Shown piece by piece: positions 8,533 through 17,057 of a DNA stretch of 64,000 bases. How positions within the stretch are numbered: the stretch's first letter is position 1; every line of letters starts with the position of its first letter. The translations under genes were made by a program, and so were the position numbers. Below the pieces are notes generated by a model. That model searched no databases, was not told the origin of the DNA, and was given only the letters and a program-made list of their open reading frames with translations. The stretch lies in the NCBI GenBank assembly GCA_027451665.1, contig DAIDIW010000005.1, forward strand, positions 2,955-66,954. Direction: 5' to 3'. Origin of the DNA: Candidatus Kaiserbacteria bacterium (GTDB lineage: Bacteria; Patescibacteriota; Minisyncoccia; Phycocordibacterales; Phycocordibacteraceae).

Positions 8533-9549
8533 ATGCAACGGGTACGCACCTACCTCATTTCCGCACTCATCCCCGTGTTGCTCCTTGCGCCGTCGGCGGT
8601 TTCCGCCGCATCGCTCACGAGTGCGCAATCAGGCGCGATCGTCGGGCTCTTACGTGCTTTCGGCGTCGACGCCGCTATACTTACGCGCGTCGAGAACCTT
8701 CTCGGCGCGGCAGCGGTTACGGCGATCCCCGACGCGACCGACCCAGTAACGGCTCCGGTTCCCACAAAGAGCACCCGCGTGCCGGTCATCGGCAGCGCGT
8801 ATCCATCGAGCGCTATCGGATACGATCTCTCCTTCGGCACGACCGCTTATCCAGTTGACCGATTCGGCTTCGCGGTAGTGGGCGTCAATCGGGGGAAGGC
8901 GTTCGTGCATAATTCCCGGCTTACATCTGAATACGACTGGGCGCATTTCGCATCAGCGGTCGCGCCGACCATCTATATGAATATCAACGGGCCCTATGGG
9001 AGCACCGTTGCCGGGCATCTCTCAACTCCAAAGAATTGCTCGCACGCCACGTCTACGCCCGCGAGCGATTTCACACCCACCGTCGCGAGCCGTGGCACGG
9101 AACAGTACCCCGAGCCGTCTGTCTGTGAGGCATACAACTACGGGTACAACGCTGCGCAAGACGCGTATGCATATGCGCAGAGCTCAAAAGTGCTCGATAC
9201 CTTCTGGTGGCTCGATGTAGAAGAAGCGAATAGCTGGTCCGCAAATCCGGCGGTAAACGACGCAGTAATCCAGGGGGCACTCGATTATCTGAATAAGCAG
9301 GGACTTAAGGCCGGTATCTACTCAGTGCCGTACATGTGGCGCGAGATAGCGGGCGCGGGATTCACGCCGACGGAACGCGTGAACGGAACGGCATTTCCCG
9401 TCCCGACCTGGTTCCCGATTGGCATCGCGACCCAGGTGACCGCGACGAATGCATGCAATACGGAGACGAGCTTCATTCCCGGAAGTCCGATCTGGGTACT
9501 TCAGTATGAGCTCGATCACACGGCCATAGATCAGAATATCGCATGCTGA
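8533..9549 (+). CDS. secreted hypothetical protein (signal peptide; possible glycoside-hydrolase-like fold)
   Basis: MQRVRTYLISALIPVLLLAPSAVSA signal peptide. The mature N-terminus shares a motif with the giant surface protein at 42990. Confidence 0.5.
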   Translation: MQRVRTYLISALIPVLLLAPSAVSAASLTSAQSGAIVGLLRAFGVDAAILTRVENLLGAAAVTAIPDATDPVTAPVPTKSTRVPVIGSAYPSSAIGYDLSFGTTAYPVDRFGFAVVGVNRGKAFVHNSRLTSEYDWAHFASAVAPTIYMNINGPYGSTVAGHLSTPKNCSHATSTPASDFTPTVASRGTEQYPEPSVCEAYNYGYNAAQDAYAYAQSSKVLDTFWWLDVEEANSWSANPAVNDAVIQGALDYLNKQGLKAGIYSVPYMWREIAGAGFTPTERVNGTAFPVPTWFPIGIATQVTATNACNTETSFIPGSPIWVLQYELDHTAIDQNIAC

Positions 9550-9553
9550 TAAA

Positions 9554-9581
9554 GAGAAGAGCCGCCGAAGCGGCTCTTCTC
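9554..9581. terminator. hairpin gagaagagccgc-cgaa-gcggctcttctc
   Basis: Perfect 12-bp stem between the secreted protein gene and the tRNA-Leu 3' end. Confidence 0.45.
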
Positions 9582-9587
9582 GTATAG

Positions 9588-9671
9588 TGGGCATGAGAGG
9601 ACTCGAACCTCCACCCCCTTGCGAGGACTGCGACCTGAACGCAGCGCGGCTACCAATTACGCCACATGCCC
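9588..9671 (-). tRNA. tRNA-Leu(CAG)
   Basis: Reverse complement folds as a type II tRNA: acceptor gggcatg/catgccc, D-loop AATTGGTAG, anticodon stem ctgcg/cgcag, loop ttCAGgt, long variable arm, T-loop ggaggTTCGAGTcctct. Confidence 0.85.
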
Positions 9672-9727
9672 GGCACACAAAGACAATAATCGCGAAACGC
9701 GTATGCGTCTAGCGGGTTTTGCCTCGG

Positions 9728-9800
9728 TGCGCGGTGAGGGACTCGAACCCCCGACCATCCCGGTGTAAACGGGGTGCTCTACCAACTGAGCTAACCGCGC
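9728..9800 (-). tRNA. tRNA-Val(TAC)
   Basis: Reverse complement: acceptor gcgcggt/accgcgc, D-arm tagctcagttggtagagc, anticodon stem ccccg/cgggg, loop ttTACac, T-arm gggggttcgagtccctc. Confidence 0.85.
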
Positions 9801-9902
9801 GCAGAAACACGATAACGTATCATGCCTGCGAGAGCCAGTTGCATGGGCCTCCTCACGACTGCCGGCGTTCATTTTTCAGCCTGCATGCCGTAGGGTAACG
9901 GT

Positions 9903-10643
9903 ATGGAACCTCGGATCCTCTATGAAGATGCGGACATACTCGTGATCGATAAGCCGGCCGGGCTTATCGTGCATAGCGACGGCCGTACGGACGAACCCTC
10001 GGTGGCCGAGTGGGCGGTCGCACACTATCCGCAGATGGAGCAGGTGGGCGAGCCGTGGACGAGCCCGCAAGGAAAGGTCGTTCCCCGTCCGGGCATCGTG
10101 CATCGTCTCGATCGCGATACCTCGGGCGTCATGATCCTCGCCAAGACGGCTCCAGCGTACGCGTTTCTCAAGCGGCAATTCCAGGAGCGCACGACGGAAA
10201 AGACATATCGGATGTTCGTATACGGCCATCCGTCGCGCGACGCGGGGACGATCGAAGCCGAAATCGTCCGTATTCGTTCCGCGCCGCCGCGCTGGGGCGT
10301 AGCGCGCGCGGGAGAGGAAAAGAGACAGCGCATTGCCGTCACGGCCTGGAAGGTGCTTTCCCGCAATCGCGACGCCGGAACAGGAGAGAAGGTCGCGTTC
10401 ATGGAAGCAAGACCGCAGACGGGTCGGACCCATCAGATTCGCGTTCACCTGAAACATCTGAATCATCCAGTCATCTGTGACAAGCTCTATGCGAAAGGAC
10501 GGCCCTGCCTACTCGGCTTCTCCCGCCAGGCGCTCCATGCCGCGACACTCAGCCTCGCGCTCCCTTCGGGAGAGACGCGCGTCTTCGAAGCGCCCTTGCC
10601 CGAAGACTTCACTCGAGCGCTCGCTGTGTGTGAGCCGGCCTAA
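9903..10643 (+). CDS. RluA-family pseudouridine synthase
   Basis: HRLDRDTSGVMILAK catalytic-Asp motif and TGRTHQIRVH motif. Confidence 0.85.
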   Translation: MEPRILYEDADILVIDKPAGLIVHSDGRTDEPSVAEWAVAHYPQMEQVGEPWTSPQGKVVPRPGIVHRLDRDTSGVMILAKTAPAYAFLKRQFQERTTEKTYRMFVYGHPSRDAGTIEAEIVRIRSAPPRWGVARAGEEKRQRIAVTAWKVLSRNRDAGTGEKVAFMEARPQTGRTHQIRVHLKHLNHPVICDKLYAKGRPCLLGFSRQALHAATLSLALPSGETRVFEAPLPEDFTRALAVCEPA

Positions 10644-10683
10644 TTTTGCTTTTTGCGGGCCCAAGTGTTACAGTCTGGCCACT

Positions 10684-11160
10684 ATGCAGAACGTGCTTAC
10701 TCCCGTACACGCCGCAGGCCGTGCCGAGCTCGGAATCCGTCCGGGCGATACGGTGCGTGTCATCCAAAACATTGTCGAGCTCAAGAAGGGGAAGGGCGCC
10801 GATAAGAAGGAGAAGACGCTCACGAATTCCCGCAAGCAGGCATTCGAGGGTCTCGTGCTTTCTGTAAAGCACGGCACGGAAGCCGGCTCCACCTTCACCG
10901 TACGCACGACGCTCTCGGGCGTTGGCGTTGAGAAGACGTTCCCGCTCTACGCGCCGACGATTGATTCAATCGAGATAGTGAAGCGCTCAAAGGTACGCCG
11001 CGCGAAGCTCTATTTCATTCGTGAGAAGGCGGCGAAGCAGGTACGTCGCCAGCTCCGCAATGCACGCATGATGCACGTGAAGAGCGATGAGACGCTCCCG
11101 CAGGCAGAGCCGGAAGCGGCGCCGGAAGCATCCGAGGCCGTTCCGGAAACGGCAGCGTAA
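10684..11160 (+). CDS. rplS: 50S ribosomal protein L19
   Basis: GDTVRV...FEGLVLSVKHGT..TFTVR..SGVGVEKTFPLYAPTIDSIEIVKRSKVRRAKLYFIRE matches the L19 consensus. C-terminal Ala/Glu/Pro-rich tail. Confidence 0.85.
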   Translation: MQNVLTPVHAAGRAELGIRPGDTVRVIQNIVELKKGKGADKKEKTLTNSRKQAFEGLVLSVKHGTEAGSTFTVRTTLSGVGVEKTFPLYAPTIDSIEIVKRSKVRRAKLYFIREKAAKQVRRQLRNARMMHVKSDETLPQAEPEAAPEASEAVPETAA

Positions 11161-11177
11161 GGTTTACGCGCGAAGCG

Positions 11178-11210
11178 CCCGGAAAGCGCTTTGCGCTTTC
11201 CGGGTTTTCG
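11178..11210 (+). terminator. rho-independent terminator (cccggaaagcgc-ttt-gcgctttccggg + T-tract)
   Basis: Perfect 12-bp stem followed by ttttcgttt, downstream of rplS. Confidence 0.5.
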
Positions 11211-11226
11211 TTTATAGTTCTCGCAC

Positions 11227-11311
11227 GCGCAGGTGGCGAAATTGGTAGACGCACTACCTTGAGGTGGTAGCCCCGGTTAACGGGATGGAGGTTCGAGTCC
11301 TCTCCTGCGCA
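11227..11311 (+). tRNA. tRNA-Leu(GAG)
   Basis: Acceptor gcgcagg/cctgcgc, D-loop AATTGGTAG, anticodon stem ctacc/ggtag with loop ttGAGgt, long variable arm, T-arm ggaggttcgagtcctct. Confidence 0.85.
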
Positions 11312-11396
11312 CCGCAATAGAAAACTGGCTGGCGCCAGGTGCCCTAAGGTAGAGCGAGTAGAGGGCGAGGGATACGCCGTTTGTTATCATGCGGCC

Positions 11397-11930
11397 ATGG
11401 CACTCTTTTCCGGAAAGGGCGATGACGGCACGACGAATGCGATCGATTCTCCCGATCGCATCTCGAAGGCATCGCCCCTTCCGGAAGCCTTAGGCACGCT
11501 CGATGAACTGAACGCATTCCTCGGATTCGTCCGTGTTCGCGCACAAGGAAGCGGCCGCATCGCGCAGATCCTCCGCGATACCCAGGAGAAGCTCTTCATT
11601 GTGCAGGCGCAGCTTGCGGGGAGCCCCATGCGATTACCCGAGAGGACGGTCGCGGGCGTCGAGGAGATCGTGAACGAAGTGGAGGAGGAGATTCCGCCCT
11701 TGAAAGGATTCTCGATCGCCGGCGGTACCGAATTATCTGCACTGCTCGATGTCGCGCGTACCAACGCGCGTCGCGTCGAGCGCCGCGCGACAGCGGTACA
11801 GGACGCGGGCATTCGCGATATTCCCGACGAGACGAAAGCGTATTTAAATCGTCTCTCCTCGCTTCTGTTCGCGCTCGCCCGTCTTGCCAATCACGAAGCG
11901 GGCGTGGCGGAAGAGAATCCTCGCTACTAG
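11397..11930 (+). CDS. ATP:cob(I)alamin adenosyltransferase, PduO type
   Basis: SGKGDDGTTNAIDSPDRISKASPLPEALGTLDELNAFLG N-terminal signature of PduO/MMAB-family adenosyltransferases. Confidence 0.65.
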   Translation: MALFSGKGDDGTTNAIDSPDRISKASPLPEALGTLDELNAFLGFVRVRAQGSGRIAQILRDTQEKLFIVQAQLAGSPMRLPERTVAGVEEIVNEVEEEIPPLKGFSIAGGTELSALLDVARTNARRVERRATAVQDAGIRDIPDETKAYLNRLSSLLFALARLANHEAGVAEENPRY

Positions 11931-11982
11931 CATGTCCGAGCGTGAACCGGACATTCATGTTATAAATCTCCCGTTCGCGCAT

Positions 11983-12056
11983 GGCGGCGTTAGCTCAGTT
12001 GGTAGAGCTCTCGGTTGTGGTCCGAGCGGTCGTGGGTTCGAGTCCCACACGTCGCC
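11983..12056 (+). tRNA. tRNA-His(GTG)
   Basis: Extra 5' G(-1), acceptor gcggcgt/acgtcgc (one G-U), anticodon stem ctcgg/ccgag with loop ttGTGgt, T-arm gtgggttcgagtcccac, discriminator C. Confidence 0.85.
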
Positions 12057-12119
12057 CAGAAATCGTCTTCCGATGAGCAAAGCCGCGGCGTCTCGCCGCG
12101 GCTTTGCTATTATTTGAGT

Positions 12120-12503
12120 ATGAACATGTGGAAAGAATTCAAGACCTTCGCGCTGCGCGGCAACGCGCTCGACCTCGCGGTAGGCGTTGTGATCGGCGGC
12201 GCATTCACGGCCATCGTGAACTCCCTCGTGAACGACATCATCCTCCCGCCGTTCGGCGCGGCGCTCGGCGGAGTCAAATTCTCAGAACTTACGCTTCCCT
12301 TAGGAGGCACTGCGGTTCTGCAGTACGGGCTTTTCATACAAGCGATCGTGAATTTTGCCGCCATAGCCTTCGGGCTCTTCATCATCGTGCAGGTCATCAA
12401 TCATCTTTTCCGTAAGCGCGAGACGCCACCTGCTGCGCCTCTGAAGAAGAGCGATGAGCTTGTCGTGCTGGAACAGATCCGCGACGCGCTCAAGACGTAT
12501 TGA
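12120..12503 (+). CDS. mscL: large-conductance mechanosensitive channel
   Basis: MNMWKEFKTFALRGNALDLAVGVVIGGAFTAIVNSLVNDIILPP matches the MscL N-terminus almost residue for residue. Confidence 0.85.
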   Translation: MNMWKEFKTFALRGNALDLAVGVVIGGAFTAIVNSLVNDIILPPFGAALGGVKFSELTLPLGGTAVLQYGLFIQAIVNFAAIAFGLFIIVQVINHLFRKRETPPAAPLKKSDELVVLEQIRDALKTY

Positions 12504-12601
12504 AGTACACGCGCCGGGCGGCTCACGGGCGAGACGCGGTCGCGAACGTGTCTGCGCCAAGTGCTCAGCCTACCGCAGACATCCCATCTACGGCGGGTGG
12601 T

Positions 12602-13261
12602 ATGATTCGCATTATGAGAAATCTCCTCCTCGGGATACTGGTGATTATCCTGGTCGGCGTCGGCGGGTTGATCTACCGCAATGCGGCCGAACATCCGTAT
12701 CAGCAGATCGCGTGCCCGCTCGACGCAAAGATATGCCCGGACGGTACGAGTCTGTCGCGCACCGGTTCCTCTTGTACGTTCCCCGCGTGTCCGCCGCCGA
12801 ACGTTTCGCTCGATTCCATTAGTATCGCGTACGCGATCCCGAACGGATTCTCGGACGCCGCACTCCCGGATGCTGCCGCAGTCGCCTCCTACGACGAACC
12901 CAGCGCCTCCTCGACCGAACCGGACTCGATCATCATTCGTCGATACCTGATCGCGGCCTCCTCGACACCGCTTGCTACCATCCAGGGGACCGCCATTGGT
13001 GGCGCTTCCGGCGCGCCCGTTCCGACCACCAGCTATTCTTCGACAGTGATCGGTACGCACCGGTTCACGGTCGTATCCATTGAGCGCTATGAGGGAATCA
13101 TCGATACCGCCTACTATCTCGCGCGTCCAGATTCGGGCGACGTGCTCCGGTTTGATGCGATCGACCGTAATGTGTCGAACTGGACTGATCCGGCACTCGA
13201 CGAGAACTCGCTGCCTGCGCATGCGGCGCTCCGTACGCTACTCCTCAATCTGCAGGCGTAG
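12602..13261 (+). CDS. membrane-anchored hypothetical protein
   Basis: N-terminal TM helix (LLLGILVIILVGVGGLIY). Cys-rich segment CPLDAKICPDG..CTFPACP. GC3-rich. Confidence 0.45.
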   Translation: MIRIMRNLLLGILVIILVGVGGLIYRNAAEHPYQQIACPLDAKICPDGTSLSRTGSSCTFPACPPPNVSLDSISIAYAIPNGFSDAALPDAAAVASYDEPSASSTEPDSIIIRRYLIAASSTPLATIQGTAIGGASGAPVPTTSYSSTVIGTHRFTVVSIERYEGIIDTAYYLARPDSGDVLRFDAIDRNVSNWTDPALDENSLPAHAALRTLLLNLQA

Positions 13262-13374
13262 GAGCTAAGGTTTCGGTGCCAAACGGTCTGGGAGGCATCG
13301 CACCCTCCCGCTGCCAGCGCTCGTGGCGGGCGGCGGTATACTATATCCATACCTACCGCATAATCACCTCGCCT

Positions 13375-14172
13375 ATGGACAACAAGGACTTCTTTTCAGA
13401 GATCGTGAGCAATGCAGGCGTACGCATCGCGCTTATCGGCGTGCTCGCAATTCTCGGCCTGTTCCTCGTCGCAGAGACAGTAAACCTCGCGCAGAATTTC
13501 GGCCGGCCGAGCAATCCGGCGACGGACACCGTCACCGTGAGCGCGAACGGACAGGCAACCTTGCCGCCGGACGTCGCGCGCATCTCCTTTACTGTGCAGA
13601 ATACGGCGAAGTCGGTTTCGGACGCGCAGGCTCAGACGACCAAACAGGCAAATGACGCTCTCGATTATGTGAAAGGGCAGGGAATCGCTGACAAGGATGT
13701 GAAAACGCTCTCGTATACCATCACGCCGCAGTATGCCTATCAGACTTGTCCGCCGGGCATCTTCTGTCCGGCGACATCGAGAAAGCTCACCGGATATGAG
13801 GTGGCGGAGAATATCCAGGTGACCGTCCGTGATCTCACGAAGGTCGGTACGCTCCTTTCGGGGCTCGGTTCGCTACAGGTGCAGAATATCAGCGGTCCGT
13901 CCTTCGGCCTTGATGACCCGACGGCTGGCTACGATGCGGCGCGTGCGGATGCTATCGCGAAGGCTAAGGCGCAGGCCAAGGCGCTCGAACAGGAACTCGG
14001 CGTCACATTCGGCGGCATTGTGAACTTCTCGGAGTCGAACGGCTCCGCGCCGCAGCCTCTCATGTATGCCGCGAGCGCGGGCGCAGTAAATAAGACCGCT
14101 GGGACGCCGGAGGTTCCTCCGGGGGAGAACACGTATAACGCTTCCGTCTCGATCACGTACGAGATCCGCTGA
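13375..14172 (+). CDS. SIMPL-domain protein (DUF541 / YggE-like)
   Basis: N-terminal TM anchor. ARISFTVQNTAKSVSDAQAQTTKQANDALDYVKGQGIADKDVKTLSYTITPQY and C-terminal NTYNASVSITYEI pattern typical of SIMPL. Confidence 0.65.
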   Translation: MDNKDFFSEIVSNAGVRIALIGVLAILGLFLVAETVNLAQNFGRPSNPATDTVTVSANGQATLPPDVARISFTVQNTAKSVSDAQAQTTKQANDALDYVKGQGIADKDVKTLSYTITPQYAYQTCPPGIFCPATSRKLTGYEVAENIQVTVRDLTKVGTLLSGLGSLQVQNISGPSFGLDDPTAGYDAARADAIAKAKAQAKALEQELGVTFGGIVNFSESNGSAPQPLMYAASAGAVNKTAGTPEVPPGENTYNASVSITYEIR

Positions 14173-14191
14173 GATCTTGCGGAGCACGGAA

Positions 14192-14229
14192 GCGCACAAC
14201 AACCCGCTCAGAGCGGGTTGTTGTGCGCT
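14192..14229 (+). terminator. strong hairpin terminator (gcgcacaacaacccgc-tcagag-gcgggttgttgtgcgc)
   Basis: Perfect 16-bp stem right after the SIMPL gene stop. A second GC hairpin + T-tract lies at ~14267..14290 before secE. Confidence 0.55.
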
Positions 14230-14292
14230 TGACGCCTCATCGGAGGCGTACTATCATGGTGCACACAAAAGCCCCCGCGCGGGGTTTTTAAT

Positions 14293-14499
14293 TTGGAAAC
14301 CTTACTCTCCGCTATGAACGCTCTCACCACCTACTTGAAGCACGTACGCGACGAATTCCAGCATATCGTCTGGCCCTCTCGCGAGACGGCCATCGCGCAT
14401 ACGCTCGTCGTGATCCTCATCGCCCTCGTGATTGCGGTGCTGGTCGGAGTGCTCGATTATCTCTTCGGCGGGGTTGTGAGTCACGTTGTCGGCGCCTAA
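14293..14499 (+). CDS. secE: preprotein translocase subunit SecE
   Basis: 68-aa single-TM protein directly upstream of nusG. RETAIAHTLVVILIALVIAVLVGVLDYLFG. Confidence 0.7.
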   Translation: METLLSAMNALTTYLKHVRDEFQHIVWPSRETAIAHTLVVILIALVIAVLVGVLDYLFGGVVSHVVGA

Positions 14500-14510
14500 C
14501 CTCGAGATCT

Positions 14511-15158
14511 ATGGATGAACAGCAGCATCAACAGGATGAAGCGGCAGATGTCTTGACGGACGGCGAGATTGGCATGGCCGATATAGCGCCGAGCGTTAAG
14601 AAGGAGATAAAGGATGAGACGAAACCGAATCCGTTGGAGGCGCGTTGGTACACTATCCACACGTATGCCGGCTATGAGGGCGCGGTGGAACGCAATCTGA
14701 AGCAGCGTATCGACTCGCTCGGCATGGAGGACAAGATTTTCGACGTGGTCGTTCCGACCGAAAAAAAGATTCGCGTGAAAGGCGGCAAGCGCGTTGTCGA
14801 AGAGGAGAAGATCTACCCGGGGTATGTGCTCGTCCGCATGATCGTGGACGACGATTCCTGGTTCGTGGTTCGCAACACGCCGCGCGTGACCGGCTTCGTC
14901 GGCTCCGGCAATACGCCGGTACCGATGGATGAAGCGGAGGTCGCTTCGCTTATGAAGCGCATGACGGCCGAGGCTCCGAAGCATCGCATCGATCTCATGA
15001 AGGATGATCCGGTCGTCATCGCGGACGGCCCCTTCAAGGACCTCGAAGGCAAGGTGGGCGACATCGACGAAGAGCGCGGGAAGGTGAAGGTCATGGTCTC
15101 CATGTTCGGCCGTGAGACGCCAGTCGAGCTCGATTTCTTGCAGGTCCGCAAGCTGTAG
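14511..15158 (+). CDS. nusG: transcription termination/antitermination factor NusG
   Basis: RWYTIHTYAGYEGAVERNL NGN domain and C-terminal KOW (GPFKDLEGKVGDIDEERGKVKVMVSMFGRETPVELDF). Has an N-terminal acidic extension. Confidence 0.85.
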   Translation: MDEQQHQQDEAADVLTDGEIGMADIAPSVKKEIKDETKPNPLEARWYTIHTYAGYEGAVERNLKQRIDSLGMEDKIFDVVVPTEKKIRVKGGKRVVEEEKIYPGYVLVRMIVDDDSWFVVRNTPRVTGFVGSGNTPVPMDEAEVASLMKRMTAEAPKHRIDLMKDDPVVIADGPFKDLEGKVGDIDEERGKVKVMVSMFGRETPVELDFLQVRKL

Positions 15159-15199
15159 TAGCGTTTTCCCTCATTTTCTAGTAAAGTCACGACACTCAT

Positions 15200-15619
15200 A
15201 TGGCAACCGTAGTAAAGAAGATCAAGCTCCAGATTCCGGGCGGCGCAGCGACGCCTGCGCCGCCGGTAGGTACCGCGCTCGGCCCGGCTGGCGTGAACAT
15301 CGGTCAATTCGTGACCCAGTTCAACGACGCGACCAAGGATAAGCGCGGCACCATCATCCCGGTAGAGCTCTCGGTCTACGACGACCGTTCGTTCACGTTT
15401 ATCCTAAAGAATCCGCCGATGTCCCGCCTCATCCTGAAGGCGCTCGGCGTCGAGAAGGGTTCGAGCAAGGCGCCGCAGCAGAAAGTCGGCACCCTGAACC
15501 GGGCGCAGGTGAAGGCTATCGCCGAAGAGAAGATGCCGGATTTGAACGCCGGTTCGCAGGAGGCCGCTGAGCGTATCGTCGAAGGTACGGCGCGTTCGAT
15601 GGGCGTCGAGGTGAAGTAA
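15200..15619 (+). CDS. rplK: 50S ribosomal protein L11
   Basis: [39 protein letters not shown] matches the L11 consensus. Confidence 0.9.
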   Translation: MATVVKKIKLQIPGGAATPAPPVGTALGPAGVNIGQFVTQFNDATKDKRGTIIPVELSVYDDRSFTFILKNPPMSRLILKALGVEKGSSKAPQQKVGTLNRAQVKAIAEEKMPDLNAGSQEAAERIVEGTARSMGVEVK

Positions 15620-15635
15620 TGATTTCTCTTGAAAA

Positions 15636-15665
15636 GGGCCGGAGCAGCTGCTCCGGCCCTTTTTG
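15636..15665. terminator. bidirectional terminator (gggccggagcag-ctgctccggccc + T-tract)
   Basis: Perfect 12-bp stem directly after the rplK stop. Also terminates the convergent oxygenase gene. Confidence 0.6.
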
Positions 15666-15668
15666 CAT

Positions 15669-16427
15669 TCAGAGATGCGCAATAGCGGTATGTGCAAAGA
15701 ACACGCTCGCGCGTCGTCCGTCCGGTTCGCAGGCAGGGACTTCGTAAGTCCCATGTACGATCGGCCTGACAAGCCCGCCGGTCATCTTATAGAACTTGAG
15801 TCCAGGGAAGACGGCAGCGTAGCCCTTCGGGATGTGAAGCCGAAGCCGTTCCTGGGTGTCATGCGGAATGACGAAGAATCCCGGTCCCGTCTCGCTGTGG
15901 TGCAGCGAGACGAATGCGCGATCCGTATGAGGCGTGGCGGTCTCGACATCGTTACCGCGACGTCTTGCGTACACAAGCCCTCGATTCGGGTGGCGCAGAC
16001 CAAATGACTTGAATGAATCATAGATCCCCCGCTCGGGCATCAACTGTTCGAATGCACGCATGAGCTCATCAGTGAGCCGATACAGTGCATACCAGGACTC
16101 GGCTTGTGCGCGGAAAAAGTCATCCCATTCGTGTACTGGCGCGCCTTGCGACGCGAGTATGTCACGCGTCTTCGGCTCGAAATGGAAGACGTCTTTTCGC
16201 TCATCAGTGCGGTACTGTGAGAGCCCTCCGTCGTACTGACCTTTATGGTCGGGTTCGTACCCCCAGGCATGTTCCTTGATAGCGCCCTCTTGCCGCAAGC
16301 GGCCGAGGCGCGCGAGCTCTGCAAGCATGAAGCTAGTCTTCTCGGGACAATCCGGGGGGATGGGTACGAATCCGATACCCCCGTTTACCACGGCATACGC
16401 CGCGTCATGGATATCGGTCCTCCGCAT
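15669..16427 (-). CDS. 2-oxoglutarate/Fe(II)-dependent oxygenase family protein
   Basis: HTD (HxD) ... VHG (distal His) ... RAS (2OG-binding R-x-S) arranged as in the 2OG-Fe(II) oxygenase double-stranded beta-helix core. Confidence 0.55.
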   Translation of the reverse strand: MRRTDIHDAAYAVVNGGIGFVPIPPDCPEKTSFMLAELARLGRLRQEGAIKEHAWGYEPDHKGQYDGGLSQYRTDERKDVFHFEPKTRDILASQGAPVHEWDDFFRAQAESWYALYRLTDELMRAFEQLMPERGIYDSFKSFGLRHPNRGLVYARRRGNDVETATPHTDRAFVSLHHSETGPGFFVIPHDTQERLRLHIPKGYAAVFPGLKFYKMTGGLVRPIVHGTYEVPACEPDGRRASVFFAHTAIAHL

Positions 16428-16509
16428 GAGCGGTCTCCTCGTAAGATCCTCTAGGCGCCAGTATAGGCGGTCAGAGGGGTCGTTTGTCCCCAGGTGGGGA
16501 AAGCGTCAC

Positions 16510-17022
16510 TTATCGGCCGAGGTCAAGGAAACGGTAGGCAAGGCCATCTTCCGACGCATGCGGCTCATCATGGAGCACGGTCGTGAAGTCGTCCGTATAT
16601 GCAGGGAAGAAGGTGTCACCTGTAGCATCGCTCTCGACAAGCGTGAGATAGAGCCGATCCGCAAACGGGAGCGCTGCGCGGTAGAGTTCTCCGCCGCCGA
16701 TGACGAAGATCTCGTCGGCACCCTCAGCGCGTTTGGCGAGCGAGAGCGCCTCGGGCAGCGAATGTGCGACCACTGCGCCCTCCGTGGGGTAGTCCTCGAT
16801 GCGGGTCACGATGATGTTCGTGCGTCCAGGCAAGGGCCGAAACTTCGACGGCAAGGAATCCCAGGTCTTCCGCCCCATGATGACCGGGTGGCCCTGCGTG
16901 AGCTGCTTAAAGCGCGCGAGATCTTCAGGAAGTTGCCAGAGGAGCTTGCCATCTTTGCCGATGGCGCGCGTATCCTTTCCGAATGCGGCGACGAGCGCGA
17001 TGTGCGAAGGGGGGTTTGGCAT
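16510..17022 (-). CDS. folA: dihydrofolate reductase
   Basis: IALVAAFGKDTRAIGKDGKLLWQLPEDLARFKQLTQGHPVIMGRKTWDSLP...FVIGGGELY are classic DHFR motifs. Start taken at MPNPPSHIALV; the ORF could extend to 17067. Confidence 0.8.
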   Translation of the reverse strand: MPNPPSHIALVAAFGKDTRAIGKDGKLLWQLPEDLARFKQLTQGHPVIMGRKTWDSLPSKFRPLPGRTNIIVTRIEDYPTEGAVVAHSLPEALSLAKRAEGADEIFVIGGGELYRAALPFADRLYLTLVESDATGDTFFPAYTDDFTTVLHDEPHASEDGLAYRFLDLGR

Positions 17023-17057
17023 GGCCCAGAATTTACAGGTACTATGCATAATACCGT

